Below, in pieces: positions 1-9,834 of a stretch of 40,159 nucleotides of DNA; position 1 is the first letter of the stretch, and each line of letters begins with the position of its first letter. The translations under genes and the position numbers were made by a program. The stretch covers positions 128,001-168,159 of the IMG/VR virus record IMGVR_UViG_3300029983_000009; one strand, given 5' to 3'. The notes below the pieces were generated by a model, which had not been told where the DNA came from, ran no database searches, and saw nothing but the letters and a program-made list of their open reading frames with translations. Source of the DNA: a virus. Its lineage: Duplodnaviria > Heunggongvirae > Uroviricota > Caudoviricetes.

Positions 1-31
1 TAGCGAAAAATTAGAAGAATATGCAAATTAT

Positions 32-247
32 ATGAATAACTGTATAGAAAACAACTTTGAAAATTTTTCAGAATCAAAATATAATGAATATTTATATGAC
101 ATAAAATACATTATTTTGAATAAATCTGATTATTATAATAGTATAGTAGAATATGCTGAATATCTATTGAAAAACAATAAAATCAGTACCAATATAAGAA
201 AATACAAATTAACAAAAATAAATAATATTAATGAATCCAACAATTAA
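32..247 (+). CDS. hypothetical protein (71 aa)
   Basis: ORF in the six-frame track. An open frame of this length is non-random in ~20% GC DNA. Confidence 0.4.
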   Translation: MNNCIENNFENFSESKYNEYLYDIKYIILNKSDYYNSIVEYAEYLLKNNKISTNIRKYKLTKINNINESNN

Positions 248-1079
248 TATATTAGAATTAGATAATGACATGTTCACAATATCACCTGTTAATGAATTAA
301 GGTGTCAAATAAGTTATATGAGTTACAATTCAAATGCAACTCAACATATTATTCCAAGTTCCAATACATATCCATCACAATTATCTATTAATTTGAACAG
401 TAAAATTATAAGTCTTAAAAGAATTAGTTTTTCAATAAATAGAAATTATACAGAAGATCAAATAAATAGTTATGTGAAATCTATTGTAAAAACTGAGTTA
501 AGAAGTAAATTCATTCCTATAATTTTAGAATTAGGAAATAAAAATATATTTAATATAAACTCAGATACAAAAAAAATAGACAATTTTGATATTATTATAG
601 ATAAAATAGAAAAAAAACATAGTCAAGAAATAGGCAATAAAAAAAATGATAAAATAAGAAATGATATTTGTAGTAAAATTAATATTTCTAGTAGTTATAT
701 AGCAATTAACGGTAGAATTGGTCCAGCAAATTTTTATTTATCAAACAGTAAAACTCATAATTTTTTAAATAAATATCTATATGATGGTAATAAAGTTAAA
801 TATGAAATAGATAATTCAATTAAAGAAAGTTGTATCATTATAGGGAGAAAGAATACAATTGACAATAATGGAGTTCATTGTTTTATATATTCAGATAATA
901 AAAAAAATATAATATTTGATAAAACTGAAACTCCATATAGCACAGATTATTCTTTTTATTATTCTATTGAATCGATTGGAAGTTCTTCAGAAAATCAATA
1001 TTTATCACTTCACACAAAAAGTATATCTCAATATCGGCTTGAAAAGATTAAAAAAATAAATGAAAGTATATATGAATAA
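231..1079 (+). CDS. hypothetical protein (282 aa)
   Basis: Long ORF in AT-rich DNA. It is packed tightly against the next gene. No motif recognised. Confidence 0.6.
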   Translation: MNPTINILELDNDMFTISPVNELRCQISYMSYNSNATQHIIPSSNTYPSQLSINLNSKIISLKRISFSINRNYTEDQINSYVKSIVKTELRSKFIPIILELGNKNIFNINSDTKKIDNFDIIIDKIEKKHSQEIGNKKNDKIRNDICSKINISSSYIAINGRIGPANFYLSNSKTHNFLNKYLYDGNKVKYEIDNSIKESCIIIGRKNTIDNNGVHCFIYSDNKKNIIFDKTETPYSTDYSFYYSIESIGSSSENQYLSLHTKSISQYRLEKIKKINESIYE

Positions 1080-1476
1080 TTTTGAAATTCCAACCAACTT
1101 AGAAGAAACATATAAAGTTATTGATGATTTAGAAATTACTGGAAAATCTGAATGGCTAAGTAAAAATGAAGAAGATTCCATTTCAATTTCACATATGGGA
1201 TTAGGAATTTGGATACGAAATAATTTTAAATTATGGGAAGATAAAAATGAGTTGAAAAATTGGTTTATTGACAATTATTTTATTGATCATCCTGATGACA
1301 TATCATGTATTATATTATTATATTATCATCAAAAAAAGAATAATCATAAAATTGAATTACAAAAAACATTGAATATATTTCATAAGCATTGGGAAAGATG
1401 GGATCCAAAATATAACAAAAAAATAAGAAAATTTAAATTAAGAAAAATTAATAAATCATATGGAGAAAGATTATAA
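1060..1476 (+). CDS. hypothetical protein (138 aa)
   Basis: ORF whose start overlaps the end of the upstream gene, as in an operon. Confidence 0.5.
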   Translation: MKVYMNNFEIPTNLEETYKVIDDLEITGKSEWLSKNEEDSISISHMGLGIWIRNNFKLWEDKNELKNWFIDNYFIDHPDDISCIILLYYHQKKNNHKIELQKTLNIFHKHWERWDPKYNKKIRKFKLRKINKSYGERL

Positions 1477-1939
1477 AATTCATATTGTAGAAAATAATTT
1501 TTCCATTATAATAGAAAACAAAGAATATTATATTTATGAATCTTACATATTAAACGGTTCTGGATATACATTTAGAATATATAATAATTCTAAATGTAGA
1601 AAGGGTAGAGAAAATTGTTATGGTATAGATGCAAATAATAATAAAATTGTTATTGTTGGTAAAAAATATAATTATTTATTAATTAAGAAAAAAGATAGTT
1701 TTGAATATGATATCAATACTTACACAAAAGACATATTAAGACTTGAAATACTTTATTATAAAGGTACAATCAATCCATACACATTTAAATGTATATTTTT
1801 TAATGATGAGAAACTTGCTACTTATGCATCAGATATAAATAATCCAGATAAGTTGTTTTTAAATGAGATTGAATTACGTAAAAAAATTATTAGAAAGAAA
1901 AAAATAGATAACTTAAACTATGAATCTGATAGAATTTAA
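1460..1939 (+). CDS. hypothetical protein (159 aa)
   Basis: ORF that overlaps its neighbours by a few codons. Confidence 0.5.
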   Translation: MEKDYKIHIVENNFSIIIENKEYYIYESYILNGSGYTFRIYNNSKCRKGRENCYGIDANNNKIVIVGKKYNYLLIKKKDSFEYDINTYTKDILRLEILYYKGTINPYTFKCIFFNDEKLATYASDINNPDKLFLNEIELRKKIIRKKKIDNLNYESDRI

Positions 1940-2234
1940 AATAATTAAATGTTCAGGAAATGAATTATGGTGGTATCATAGTTTGGTAGGAAAATACATT
2001 ACAATTGATTTAGATACAAGTTCTTTTAATAATGAGGTATGGTATGAAAAAAATATTGCAAAAAAATATGATTGTTTATGCTTTGATATTATAGATGATT
2101 TTTATTTGAAAATATATCACAAACACAATAGAGTTAAATATCATAAAGATAATACTATGTCTATAATATTATTAGAAGATATAAATTATTATAAACAAAT
2201 TAGAAAGAAAAAATTAATTAGAATAAATGAATAA
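1920..2234 (+). CDS. hypothetical protein (104 aa)
   Basis: ORF whose stop overlaps the start of the glycosyltransferase gene. Confidence 0.5.
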   Translation: MNLIEFKIIKCSGNELWWYHSLVGKYITIDLDTSSFNNEVWYEKNIAKKYDCLCFDIIDDFYLKIYHKHNRVKYHKDNTMSIILLEDINYYKQIRKKKLIRINE

Positions 2235-3453
2235 TTATTTAATAAAAGCAAATACAAGTTTCATTGGACAAACTGGATATAATGCCCATTCAAGAGATTT
2301 CTTTACAGCACTAAGCAAAAAAAATCCTTTGACTATTAGAAATTTTACAGTAGGAAGTAGTTGGAGTGGATTAGGTTCAAAAATGTCAAATGGTAAATAT
2401 GGAGATCCTCACACAAAAGAAAAATATTTAAATAATTATCAAAGAAAATTAATATCTGAGCAATCATTACATTCAGAACCAAAAACAGAAGGATATTATA
2501 ATGGCTTGTGCGATTATGAAATAAATGATGGACTTGATTACTTAAATAAATATAAATCTAATGATATTATAAATATTGTACTTAATGGAAATGATCATCC
2601 ATATTTTCATTGTATTGATAAATATAAAGGATTTAAAATAGTATATAATGCTTGGGAATCAACAACATATGATGATGTTTTTTTTGAATTATTGAAGAAA
2701 TATGATCAATTTTGGTGTCCATCAGAATGGCAACGTAAATGTATAATAAATCAAGGATATCCAGAAGATAAAGTGTTTGTTGTACCTGAAGCTGTGGATG
2801 GTACAATATTCAATCCTGATTATTTCAATTCAAATTTAGATTTGTACAAAGACAATAGATTTAAATTTGTAATGTTTGGTAAATGGGAATATAGAAAATC
2901 TACAATTGAAATAATAGAAACATTTTTAAATACATTTAAAAAAGATGAACCAGTAGATTTAATATTATCGGTTGATGATAATAACAATTCAACTGATGGA
3001 CTCAAATCAACAGAAGATAGGTTATCATATTTTAATCTTAATGATGATAGATTGAAAGTTTTACATTTTGTAGATAGAAATGATTATATAAATTATTTGA
3101 AAAATGGTCATGTATTCTTATCTTGTGCAAGGTCAGAAGGTTGGAATCTTCCATTAATAGAATCTATGGCTTGTGGAACTCCATCAATATATTCTAATTG
3201 TAGTGGTCAATTAGAATTTGCAGAAGGAAAAGGACATCCTGTTAAGATTTTAGGTGAAAAAAAATCTCCTTATTGCTCTGGTAATTATTATGAACCAGAT
3301 TTTGATGATTTATCAAAAGTTATGAGAGATGTATATGTAAATTATTGGAAATATAAAGAAAAATCGATAAAAGAGTCAGAAATAATAAGAAATGAATTCA
3401 CATGGGAAAAATCTGCTGATAAAGCAATTAAAATACTAAATAATATAAAATGA
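2227..3453 (+). CDS. GT-B fold glycosyltransferase (GT1/GT4-like)
   Basis: C-terminal half contains EGWNLPLIESMACGTPSI, the classic 'glycosyl transferases group 1' E-x7-E region, plus a G-rich loop. 408 aa. Confidence 0.7.
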   Translation: MNNYLIKANTSFIGQTGYNAHSRDFFTALSKKNPLTIRNFTVGSSWSGLGSKMSNGKYGDPHTKEKYLNNYQRKLISEQSLHSEPKTEGYYNGLCDYEINDGLDYLNKYKSNDIINIVLNGNDHPYFHCIDKYKGFKIVYNAWESTTYDDVFFELLKKYDQFWCPSEWQRKCIINQGYPEDKVFVVPEAVDGTIFNPDYFNSNLDLYKDNRFKFVMFGKWEYRKSTIEIIETFLNTFKKDEPVDLILSVDDNNNSTDGLKSTEDRLSYFNLNDDRLKVLHFVDRNDYINYLKNGHVFLSCARSEGWNLPLIESMACGTPSIYSNCSGQLEFAEGKGHPVKILGEKKSPYCSGNYYEPDFDDLSKVMRDVYVNYWKYKEKSIKESEIIRNEFTWEKSADKAIKILNNIK

Positions 3454-3734
3454 CAATCTGGTTCAATAAAAAATTCAATGGTAAAAAAAGATTTTGTAGC
3501 AAATCAATATCAATAAATTATCATATAAGGCATTGGAAACTTTTTCAGTGTTATACAAATGGAGCAATTAAAGGTAGAAAAGAAGATACATGTTTTGATT
3601 CAACGATTAATTTCTTTGGTCTGTTTTTATCTTACACAAATTGGGATTATAATTGTGAATATAGATATAATGATAATACTATTCGTTTGAATAAATTAAA
3701 AAGAATAAATAAAATAAGAAAATGGAAAATATAG
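3450..3734 (+). CDS. hypothetical small basic protein (94 aa)
   Basis: ORF between the glycosyltransferase and methyltransferase genes. Weak support. Confidence 0.3.
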   Translation: MTIWFNKKFNGKKRFCSKSISINYHIRHWKLFQCYTNGAIKGRKEDTCFDSTINFFGLFLSYTNWDYNCEYRYNDNTIRLNKLKRINKIRKWKI

Positions 3735-4495
3735 AAATAAATAAAATTTACAATGAAGATAATTTGATTACTATGTCTAATATGTCTAATGATTTATTAA
3801 ACGGAATAATTTGCAGTCCGCCCTATAATATGGGTAAAAATCCTAATCATAGAAGAAAAGATCAAGATGATTTTAACTTATATGAAAATAATGTTGATAA
3901 TCTTACAACTGAAGAATATTTAGAATTGAGATTAAATGAATTTAAAGAATTTGATAGAATACTTAAACCTGATGGGGTAATTTGCTATAATATGTCATAC
4001 TCAGGTGATAATCCTATTTTACCAACTCTTCTTTTAAGTAAGATTAATGAAGAAACTAACTTAACCCTTACAGATATTGTAATATGGAAAAAGAACTCAG
4101 CCAGCCCATTTCAAACAAGCTCAAATAAAGTTACAAGATTGTGCGAATTGGTTTATATAATTGTACATAAAGATTATCTAAATACATTTAAAGCGAATAA
4201 AGAAGTAAGTTCTATAAATGAAAGAACTGGACAAAAATTTTATAAAAATTATACTAATCTTATAGAGGCTAAAAATAATGACGGTTTTAAATCTGTTCTT
4301 AAAGCATCATACTCAAGTGAATTTGTAGAGAAATTAATTAATATCTATTTTCCTGAAAATTCATTAATTTATGATCCATTCATGGGAATTGGTACGACTG
4401 CAAAAGGCTGTATTAATAAAAAATGTAATTTTATTGGAAGTGAAAGAGTTTCAAATTTTTATGAAGATTCTAAAATAAATATTAAATATGATTGA
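3722..4495 (+). CDS. DNA amino-methyltransferase (N6A/N4C), beta-class
   Basis: Motif IV IICSPPYNMG (S-PPY) lies N-terminal. Motif I FxGxG (DPFMGIGTTAKG) lies C-terminal. This order is the circular permutation typical of beta-group m6A/m4C methyltransferases. Confidence 0.75.
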   Translation: MENIEINKIYNEDNLITMSNMSNDLLNGIICSPPYNMGKNPNHRRKDQDDFNLYENNVDNLTTEEYLELRLNEFKEFDRILKPDGVICYNMSYSGDNPILPTLLLSKINEETNLTLTDIVIWKKNSASPFQTSSNKVTRLCELVYIIVHKDYLNTFKANKEVSSINERTGQKFYKNYTNLIEAKNNDGFKSVLKASYSSEFVEKLINIYFPENSLIYDPFMGIGTTAKGCINKKCNFIGSERVSNFYEDSKINIKYD

Positions 4496-4600
4496 ACTGA
4501 TTGATAAATGTATAAAATGATAAATTGTAGTATTTATCATAGAAAAGAAAATTAAAACATTATTTTAATAATTAGATATAAATAAAAAACAAATTATAAA

Positions 4601-4924
4601 ATGAATTTTAGATTAAAATATAAAAAAACAACAATAGTTGATATTGAAGTATATAAAAAAGATAATTATATAGAAATTGATTCAGTGGTTTGCATAGAAC
4701 CATATTCTGACTTACTACTAAGAACATATTCAGATGATAAAAATAAAGCAACAGAATTAATAGAAACTTTTGATGAATTACAAGAATTAAGAGGTTGGCT
4801 TTGGGAAGTATATTTCATGGACAATAAAAATACTATTGATAAATATGATGATGTTATTGATGACATTGAAAATAGGTTAAAAGATGTAGCAAGCAAATTT
4901 GAATTATTTTTAATTAAAAATTGA
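4601..4924 (+). CDS. hypothetical protein (107 aa)
   Basis: ORF, acidic. Confidence 0.5.
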   Translation: MNFRLKYKKTTIVDIEVYKKDNYIEIDSVVCIEPYSDLLLRTYSDDKNKATELIETFDELQELRGWLWEVYFMDNKNTIDKYDDVIDDIENRLKDVASKFELFLIKN

Positions 4925-4925
4925 T

Positions 4926-5243
4926 ATGTACGATGTCGGAGTCAGCTTACTTTTAATAAAAGATTTTGAATCATATAACAACTCATATAATAAGTATACA
5001 CTTAATAATAAATATAAAATTTTATTTATTAAAGATACATTGTATTACATTGAAAATGATGAGACTTCAAATACAAGAGATTTTTTAAACAAAAAATCAT
5101 ATCTTACTTATGAAGAAAATCAAAAAAAGATAATAAAAGAATGCTCTATTTGGTTCGAAAATGACATAAATGAATATTTTATAAATATTAAAGAACAGAG
5201 AAAAAATAAAATCAAAGAAATACTAAAATCTAATGGTGAATGA
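4926..5243 (+). CDS. hypothetical protein (105 aa)
   Basis: ORF that starts 2 nt after the upstream stop. Confidence 0.5.
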   Translation: MYDVGVSLLLIKDFESYNNSYNKYTLNNKYKILFIKDTLYYIENDETSNTRDFLNKKSYLTYEENQKKIIKECSIWFENDINEYFINIKEQRKNKIKEILKSNGE

Positions 5244-5496
5244 ATATTTTACTTTGCAAGGTGTTATCATATATTGTGATCAATATATGGAAGATAATAA
5301 AATGATAGTTTCTAATGACTCATCTTATATTATCACAACTGTTAAAATAGCAAAACTTATTAAAGAATCTTTTCTGAAAAAAGAAAGAAAACGTAAGTTG
5401 TTAAATATCAATGATTTTAATGATAAAAAATCATCAAAAACTAATAAGAGCGCATCATCAAAAACTAATAAGAGCACATCAATAAAAAATTTATAA
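5233..5496 (+). CDS. hypothetical protein with a tandem SSKTNKS repeat
   Basis: ORF. Its 3' end carries a 24-bp tandem repeat at 5443-5480 that encodes SSKTNKSAS/SKTNKSTS. Confidence 0.45.
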   Translation: MVNEYFTLQGVIIYCDQYMEDNKMIVSNDSSYIITTVKIAKLIKESFLKKERKRKLLNINDFNDKKSSKTNKSASSKTNKSTSIKNL

Positions 5497-5502
5497 ATTA
5501 AT

Positions 5503-5703
5503 ATGTTTGGAGAAATAAGAGAAAGAAATGTTTATTATTGTGAAGAATGCAATAAAATTCACAAAAGTTGTTATGAATTGGAGGATGAATATATGTGCTC
5601 AATTTGTTGGTCAGATGTAACCGTTATTGAAGAAATAAATATTAAAGCTTTCATAAGAAATAAAAGATTAAAAAGATTAAACGAAATATCCAATAATGAA
5701 TAG
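5503..5703 (+). CDS. small zinc-ribbon protein (CxxC...CxxC)
   Basis: YYCEECNKIH...CSICWSD gives two CxxC pairs. 66 aa, lying immediately upstream of the Dam-like methyltransferase. Confidence 0.5.
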   Translation: MFGEIRERNVYYCEECNKIHKSCYELEDEYMCSICWSDVTVIEEINIKAFIRNKRLKRLNEISNNE

Positions 5704-6544
5704 CTACATAAACACTCCTTTTTCTTATACTGGAAGTAAATATAAACTTCTTGAACAAATATTACCAGAAATGGATTATACTAAAGATTATTTTATTGAC
5801 TTATTTTGTGGAGGTGGATCTATTTATACAAATGTTGTTGATAAATATAAAAAAGTATTAGCAAATGATATAATATCAGATTTGGTAGGAATTCACAAAG
5901 GATTGCTTGAATCTGATGATATAATTGTAAAAACTAAAAAATTATGTCCAGATAAAGAAATTCAAAATGATTATCTAAATCTTAGAGAAAATTATAATAA
6001 TAACAAAACTCCTGAAGGACTATGGGCTTTGATGTTATGCTGTAATTCAAATCTTATGAGATTTAATAAGTCAGGAGATTTTAATCAAACTTGGGGAAAT
6101 CGATCCTGGAATAAGAGTACAGAAAAAAAAGTATTTGAGTTTACAAATTATATCAGGCAATATAAAAATAATATTAGTTTTAGTAATAAAAATTTCAATG
6201 ATATTAAAATATTAAAGCCTTCATTTGTTTATGCTGATCCACCATATGGATATTGTGAAGATACAGACGGAAACATCACAAAAAATCAAATATCAGAGGC
6301 TGGGTACAACGTTGTATATAAGCAAGAGATGGATATTCAATTACATGATTATCTTTTAAATTTGAGCAATAATGGATCAACTTTTATGATTAGTGGATTA
6401 TTAGAACATAACAATAAAAAATCATGGATATTAAATCAATTAATAAGAGATGGTTTCAGATATAAAGAATTAATGTTTGATTATAATAAAATATCTAAAA
6501 ATGGAGAAAAGAACTCAATTGAAATAATAGTAATGAACTATTAA
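5696..6544 (+). CDS. Dam-like N6-adenine DNA methyltransferase (D12 class, alpha group)
   Basis: N-terminal FSYTGSKYKLL and FCGGGS (AdoMet motif I) precede the catalytic VYADPPYGY (DPPY). This motif order is that of Dam/D12 methyltransferases. Confidence 0.8.
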   Translation: MNSYINTPFSYTGSKYKLLEQILPEMDYTKDYFIDLFCGGGSIYTNVVDKYKKVLANDIISDLVGIHKGLLESDDIIVKTKKLCPDKEIQNDYLNLRENYNNNKTPEGLWALMLCCNSNLMRFNKSGDFNQTWGNRSWNKSTEKKVFEFTNYIRQYKNNISFSNKNFNDIKILKPSFVYADPPYGYCEDTDGNITKNQISEAGYNVVYKQEMDIQLHDYLLNLSNNGSTFMISGLLEHNNKKSWILNQLIRDGFRYKELMFDYNKISKNGEKNSIEIIVMNY

Positions 6545-6545
6545 A

Positions 6546-6587
6546 AAAAACTCAGTAAAAAATTATTTTTTACTGAGTTTTTTTATT
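6546..6587. terminator. bidirectional intrinsic-terminator-like hairpin between convergent genes
   Basis: ACTCAGTAAAAAA / TTTTTTACTGAGT stem with an A-tract upstream and a T-tract downstream. Confidence 0.5.
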
Positions 6588-6778
6588 TTTTCTTTTCTTA
6601 ATATTGATTTTGATTCTGAGTAATAATTAACATATTTATCCCTATTTTTAAAAAAATTACAACTTGCTTCATATACAAATCTACGATTATTTTTATTTTC
6701 ATTCCAATATAATCTATATGCTAAATTGTCTAACTCGGATATTCCTGGAATTTTATAAATCTTATCATAATTCATCAA
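6563..6778 (-). CDS. hypothetical small protein (71 aa)
   Basis: ORF. It overlaps the bidirectional terminator hairpin at 6550-6578, so it may be spurious. Confidence 0.3.
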   Translation of the reverse strand: MMNYDKIYKIPGISELDNLAYRLYWNENKNNRRFVYEASCNFFKNRDKYVNYYSESKSILRKEKIKKLSKK

Positions 6779-7239
6779 ATTTCAATATTAATCAGTGACA
6801 TTTCAATTACATTTAATTTTGATATTAAATTATTATGAACTTCTGTTGCTTCTTCAATAGTATCAAAAATCTTAGAATTCATATATTTAATATCAATTTT
6901 ATTATTTTCTCCTGAATATGAAACATATTCAATAGAAATAGTAAATAAAAATTTATCACTATCCATATTAAAATTTGATTTAATAATATGATCAATATTA
7001 TTTGTTCCGTCTTCATTTTTTAAATAATTGACAACATTTCCTGTTGATTTGTTATTACTAATAACATAATTATAAACCATATTCATTTTAACTTTTTGAT
7101 TCATATCACCACTAAACCAATTATAATCATGATTACAATTAAAAAATTTTATAATATTATCAGTTGTTATTTTTTCAATTTTACTAATATTTTTAATTGA
7201 ACTAGTATGTAAAGGTTCCCCATTAATTTTTATCCACAT
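6775..7239 (-). CDS. hypothetical protein, paralog A of a tandem pair (MWIKIN...PLH family)
   Basis: N-terminus MWIKINGEPLHTSSIKNISKIEKIT and C-terminus ...IEMSLINIEI closely match the adjacent ORF. Confidence 0.55.
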   Translation of the reverse strand: MWIKINGEPLHTSSIKNISKIEKITTDNIIKFFNCNHDYNWFSGDMNQKVKMNMVYNYVISNNKSTGNVVNYLKNEDGTNNIDHIIKSNFNMDSDKFLFTISIEYVSYSGENNKIDIKYMNSKIFDTIEEATEVHNNLISKLNVIEMSLINIEI

Positions 7240-7251
7240 ATTGTTATATTG

Positions 7252-7707
7252 TTATATTTTAATATTACTTACTGACATTTCAATATAGTTCATTTTTGAT
7301 AATAAAAAGTCTTGTGATTTTTCAGAATCTTCAAAAGTATCATATATTTCTGATGATATTTTATATATTTCATCATCATTCATTTTTTTATAATTAACTT
7401 CAAATAAAAATTTGTCACTATCCATTTTTATATTTGAATTTTTCCTAATTATATTTTCAGTCAATTCTTCTTTTTCAATATGCCATAGATCACCTGTACT
7501 GTTTTGTTTGGCGTGTTTATATACACGTTCTAATCTTAAACCAAGTTCAGTATTATCAGCAGAATTTCTATAACGCATATCTGATAAATTAAATTTGTGA
7601 TACGCATCATAAAAATTATTAATATCATCACTAGTAATTTTTTCAATTTTACTAACGTTTAAGATTAAACTCATATGTAAAGGCACATCATTAATTTTTA
7701 TCCACAT
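7252..7707 (-). CDS. hypothetical protein, paralog B of a tandem pair (MWIKIN...PLH family)
   Basis: MWIKINDVPLHMSLILNVSKIEKIT ... YIEMSVSNIKI. Preceded by two TAnnTTTG boxes. Confidence 0.55.
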   Translation of the reverse strand: MWIKINDVPLHMSLILNVSKIEKITSDDINNFYDAYHKFNLSDMRYRNSADNTELGLRLERVYKHAKQNSTGDLWHIEKEELTENIIRKNSNIKMDSDKFLFEVNYKKMNDDEIYKISSEIYDTFEDSEKSQDFLLSKMNYIEMSVSNIKI

Positions 7708-7736
7708 AATATTTAAGTTTTAATTGATTAATAGTA

Positions 7737-7744
7737 CAAAAATA
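7737..7744 (-). promoter_or_regulatory. TAnnTTTG box (TATTTTTG) on the minus strand, upstream of gene 7252..7707
   Basis: A second box, TATATTTG, lies at 7765-7772 on the minus strand. Confidence 0.3.
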
Positions 7745-7832
7745 GTTAATTATAAATTATACACCAAATATATGTACTATTATTAATTGAAATTAATATT
7801 TTTTATATATAAGATAAATAATATATCATATC

Positions 7833-9116
7833 GTGCCAACAATAAAATTAGCTACAAATAGAATAACTATAAATACATCAGGTGTTACATCATCAAATGT
7901 GTCATCATCATTGAATGGTAATATTAATTTGATAAAATCACAAATAGCTCAAAAAACTAATGATTATATTAACATTAAAAACGCAGTTAATATATTAGAG
8001 ATATATTCAAATTGGAATGGCTACATAAAAATTTATACTGAAGTTCAAAGTAACTTTGTAATAGGTGATACTGCATACATTACATATACTTCAACATTAT
8101 CGGGAAATACAATATTTAACCTTGAAAATCCTTCTGTGCCTGATGAGGGTAGAAATAGATTTTATTTAGGATATAAAATATTATATATTAATCAATCAAA
8201 AAATGAAATTGTAATAAATAGACATTATAACGATATTCCTACTGGATATTCTTTGAAAAATCAACAAATAAGTAAAATATCATGCAGAGGAGGATATTTA
8301 TATAAATCTATATCTGATGGTGCCGTTTTTTATAATTGTAATATTCTTAACATTGGATTTTCAACAATAAGTGGAATTGTCAGTGTTGGAGGAGTTCCAA
8401 TTTCAGGAGTAATGATTACACTATCAGGGACAAAAAAAATTCACATAACAGATTCAAATGGATATTATATTTTAAATGCTATAAAAGGTGAAAATATAAT
8501 AAAAAGTTATATGAATGGATATATTATAAATACTACAAGTGTACTTATAAACTCAGAAGATAAAATAACTCAAAATATACCAATAAATCAAGGAGAAAAT
8601 AAAATAACTATATATTCTGATATATTACCTAATTTATTTGATGGTAAAGTTTCAGTTTGTTTAAATTATTACATCAATTTCACATCAACAACAATAGGAT
8701 ATTCAACTAATACCACCTATCAATGGTATATTATTAGAAATGAAAATGAAATTTTAGTAGGAACTAATAATATAAAATTATCTTATAATAACTTTAACAT
8801 GAATGATATTGTATATTGCATTGTTACAGATAAGGATTTTAATATTAATAGCAGAAGTAACAATTTTACTATAGATGTTTTATTACCATCAGTTTATATT
8901 TATGCTGATAAAACTACTATTACAGAAGATGATATTGTTACTTTTACTGCAGTTAATCAATGTTATAAAAATCCATCCTTCCAATGGACTATAAATGCAG
9001 AATCAGTAGGAACAAATAACAATGAATACAAAACAAAAATTTCAAAGGATTCAACTGTATTATGTTTAATGGGTAATATTACTAGTAATCCAATAAAAAT
9101 AACTATAATTCAATAA
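7833..9116 (+). CDS. putative structural protein with a carboxypeptidase-regulatory-like beta-sandwich domain
   Basis: GTG start. The segment GIVSVGGVPISGVMITLSGTKKIHITDSNGYYILNA resembles CarbopepD_reg-like domains. N/T/S-rich with repeated internal segments. Confidence 0.45.
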   Translation: MPTIKLATNRITINTSGVTSSNVSSSLNGNINLIKSQIAQKTNDYINIKNAVNILEIYSNWNGYIKIYTEVQSNFVIGDTAYITYTSTLSGNTIFNLENPSVPDEGRNRFYLGYKILYINQSKNEIVINRHYNDIPTGYSLKNQQISKISCRGGYLYKSISDGAVFYNCNILNIGFSTISGIVSVGGVPISGVMITLSGTKKIHITDSNGYYILNAIKGENIIKSYMNGYIINTTSVLINSEDKITQNIPINQGENKITIYSDILPNLFDGKVSVCLNYYINFTSTTIGYSTNTTYQWYIIRNENEILVGTNNIKLSYNNFNMNDIVYCIVTDKDFNINSRSNNFTIDVLLPSVYIYADKTTITEDDIVTFTAVNQCYKNPSFQWTINAESVGTNNNEYKTKISKDSTVLCLMGNITSNPIKITIIQ

Positions 9117-9128
9117 CTATAATTCAAT

Positions 9129-9164
9129 AAAAAACTCTTTACAAATTGTAAAGAGTTTTTATAT
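9129..9164. terminator. bidirectional hairpin terminator
   Basis: AAAACTCTTTACAA-at-TTGTAAAGAGTTTTT. Confidence 0.5.
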
Positions 9165-9447
9165 TTATTAATTTTAATTTTCTAATATATTTTAAACAAT
9201 CTAATTTGTTATTCACTAAATTTGATATTTTAGTTGAAGTTAATGAATCAGGAATTTTATATAATCTTTCATATTTAGCTATATCAAACTTATTTACAAA
9301 TCCAACCCGTCTAATTAAAAGTAAATATTGTTCTCCTGTTGTAGAAAGTCCATATTCATATAATTCTTTTCTGGTGAATTTTTCATGTGAATTAACAAAT
9401 TCTTTGATATTATACCATTCTGTCATTTCTAAATTGTACTTGTTCAA
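9139..9447 (-). CDS. hypothetical protein (102 aa)
   Basis: ORF with a TTG start in the track. A terminator hairpin lies at its 3' end. Confidence 0.4.
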   Translation of the reverse strand: MNKYNLEMTEWYNIKEFVNSHEKFTRKELYEYGLSTTGEQYLLLIRRVGFVNKFDIAKYERLYKIPDSLTSTKISNLVNNKLDCLKYIRKLKLINIKTLYNL

Positions 9448-9567
9448 TTTTTTCTAATTTAGTTTTTCTATCTTCTTTTCTTTTCTTATTCGCCATTTTT
9501 ATATAAAAATCTTCACAAGATTTTCTAAGCAATTCATTAGGATAAATCCTACCATTTTTATTAGGTA

Positions 9568-9834
9568 TCATATTGACTTCCATATTTCAAATAATTTATT
9601 TTTTCTATCTTCACGTTTTTTAACACAGATTAGGTTATTTAACCAATCATTATCAATATTTCTTAATATATCTATAGCTTTTTTTGTTTTTTTACAACCA
9701 AATACATCTAATGGTACAGAAATGATTTTTCTATTATTTGGCAAATCTTCAACTGTTATAGTTATAGTATGCTTATTATCTATTTGTAAATTTAATTCCA
9801 TATTACCATTGTAAAATACTATAATGAAGTCCAA
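9568..9834 (-). CDS. hypothetical protein (88 aa)
   Basis: ORF. Confidence 0.4.
   Translation of the reverse strand: MDFIIVFYNGNMELNLQIDNKHTITITVEDLPNNRKIISVPLDVFGCKKTKKAIDILRNIDNDWLNNLICVKKREDRKNKLFEIWKSI

Noticed and set aside
1005-1274. Antisense or overlapping ORFs fully embedded in longer ORFs. They lie at 1005-1274, 2820-3005, 4666-4896, 9206-9457, 11632-11976, 14811-15008, 17681-17881, 19141-19365, 21248-21442, 23557-23955, 25797-25991, 38769-39011 and 39616-39810.
   Set aside because: They are shadow ORFs on the strand opposite well-supported genes. Their products are low-complexity, V/I/L/F-rich translations of antisense AT-rich codons. The one at 11632 encodes poly-Val, the antisense of the Thr linkers.
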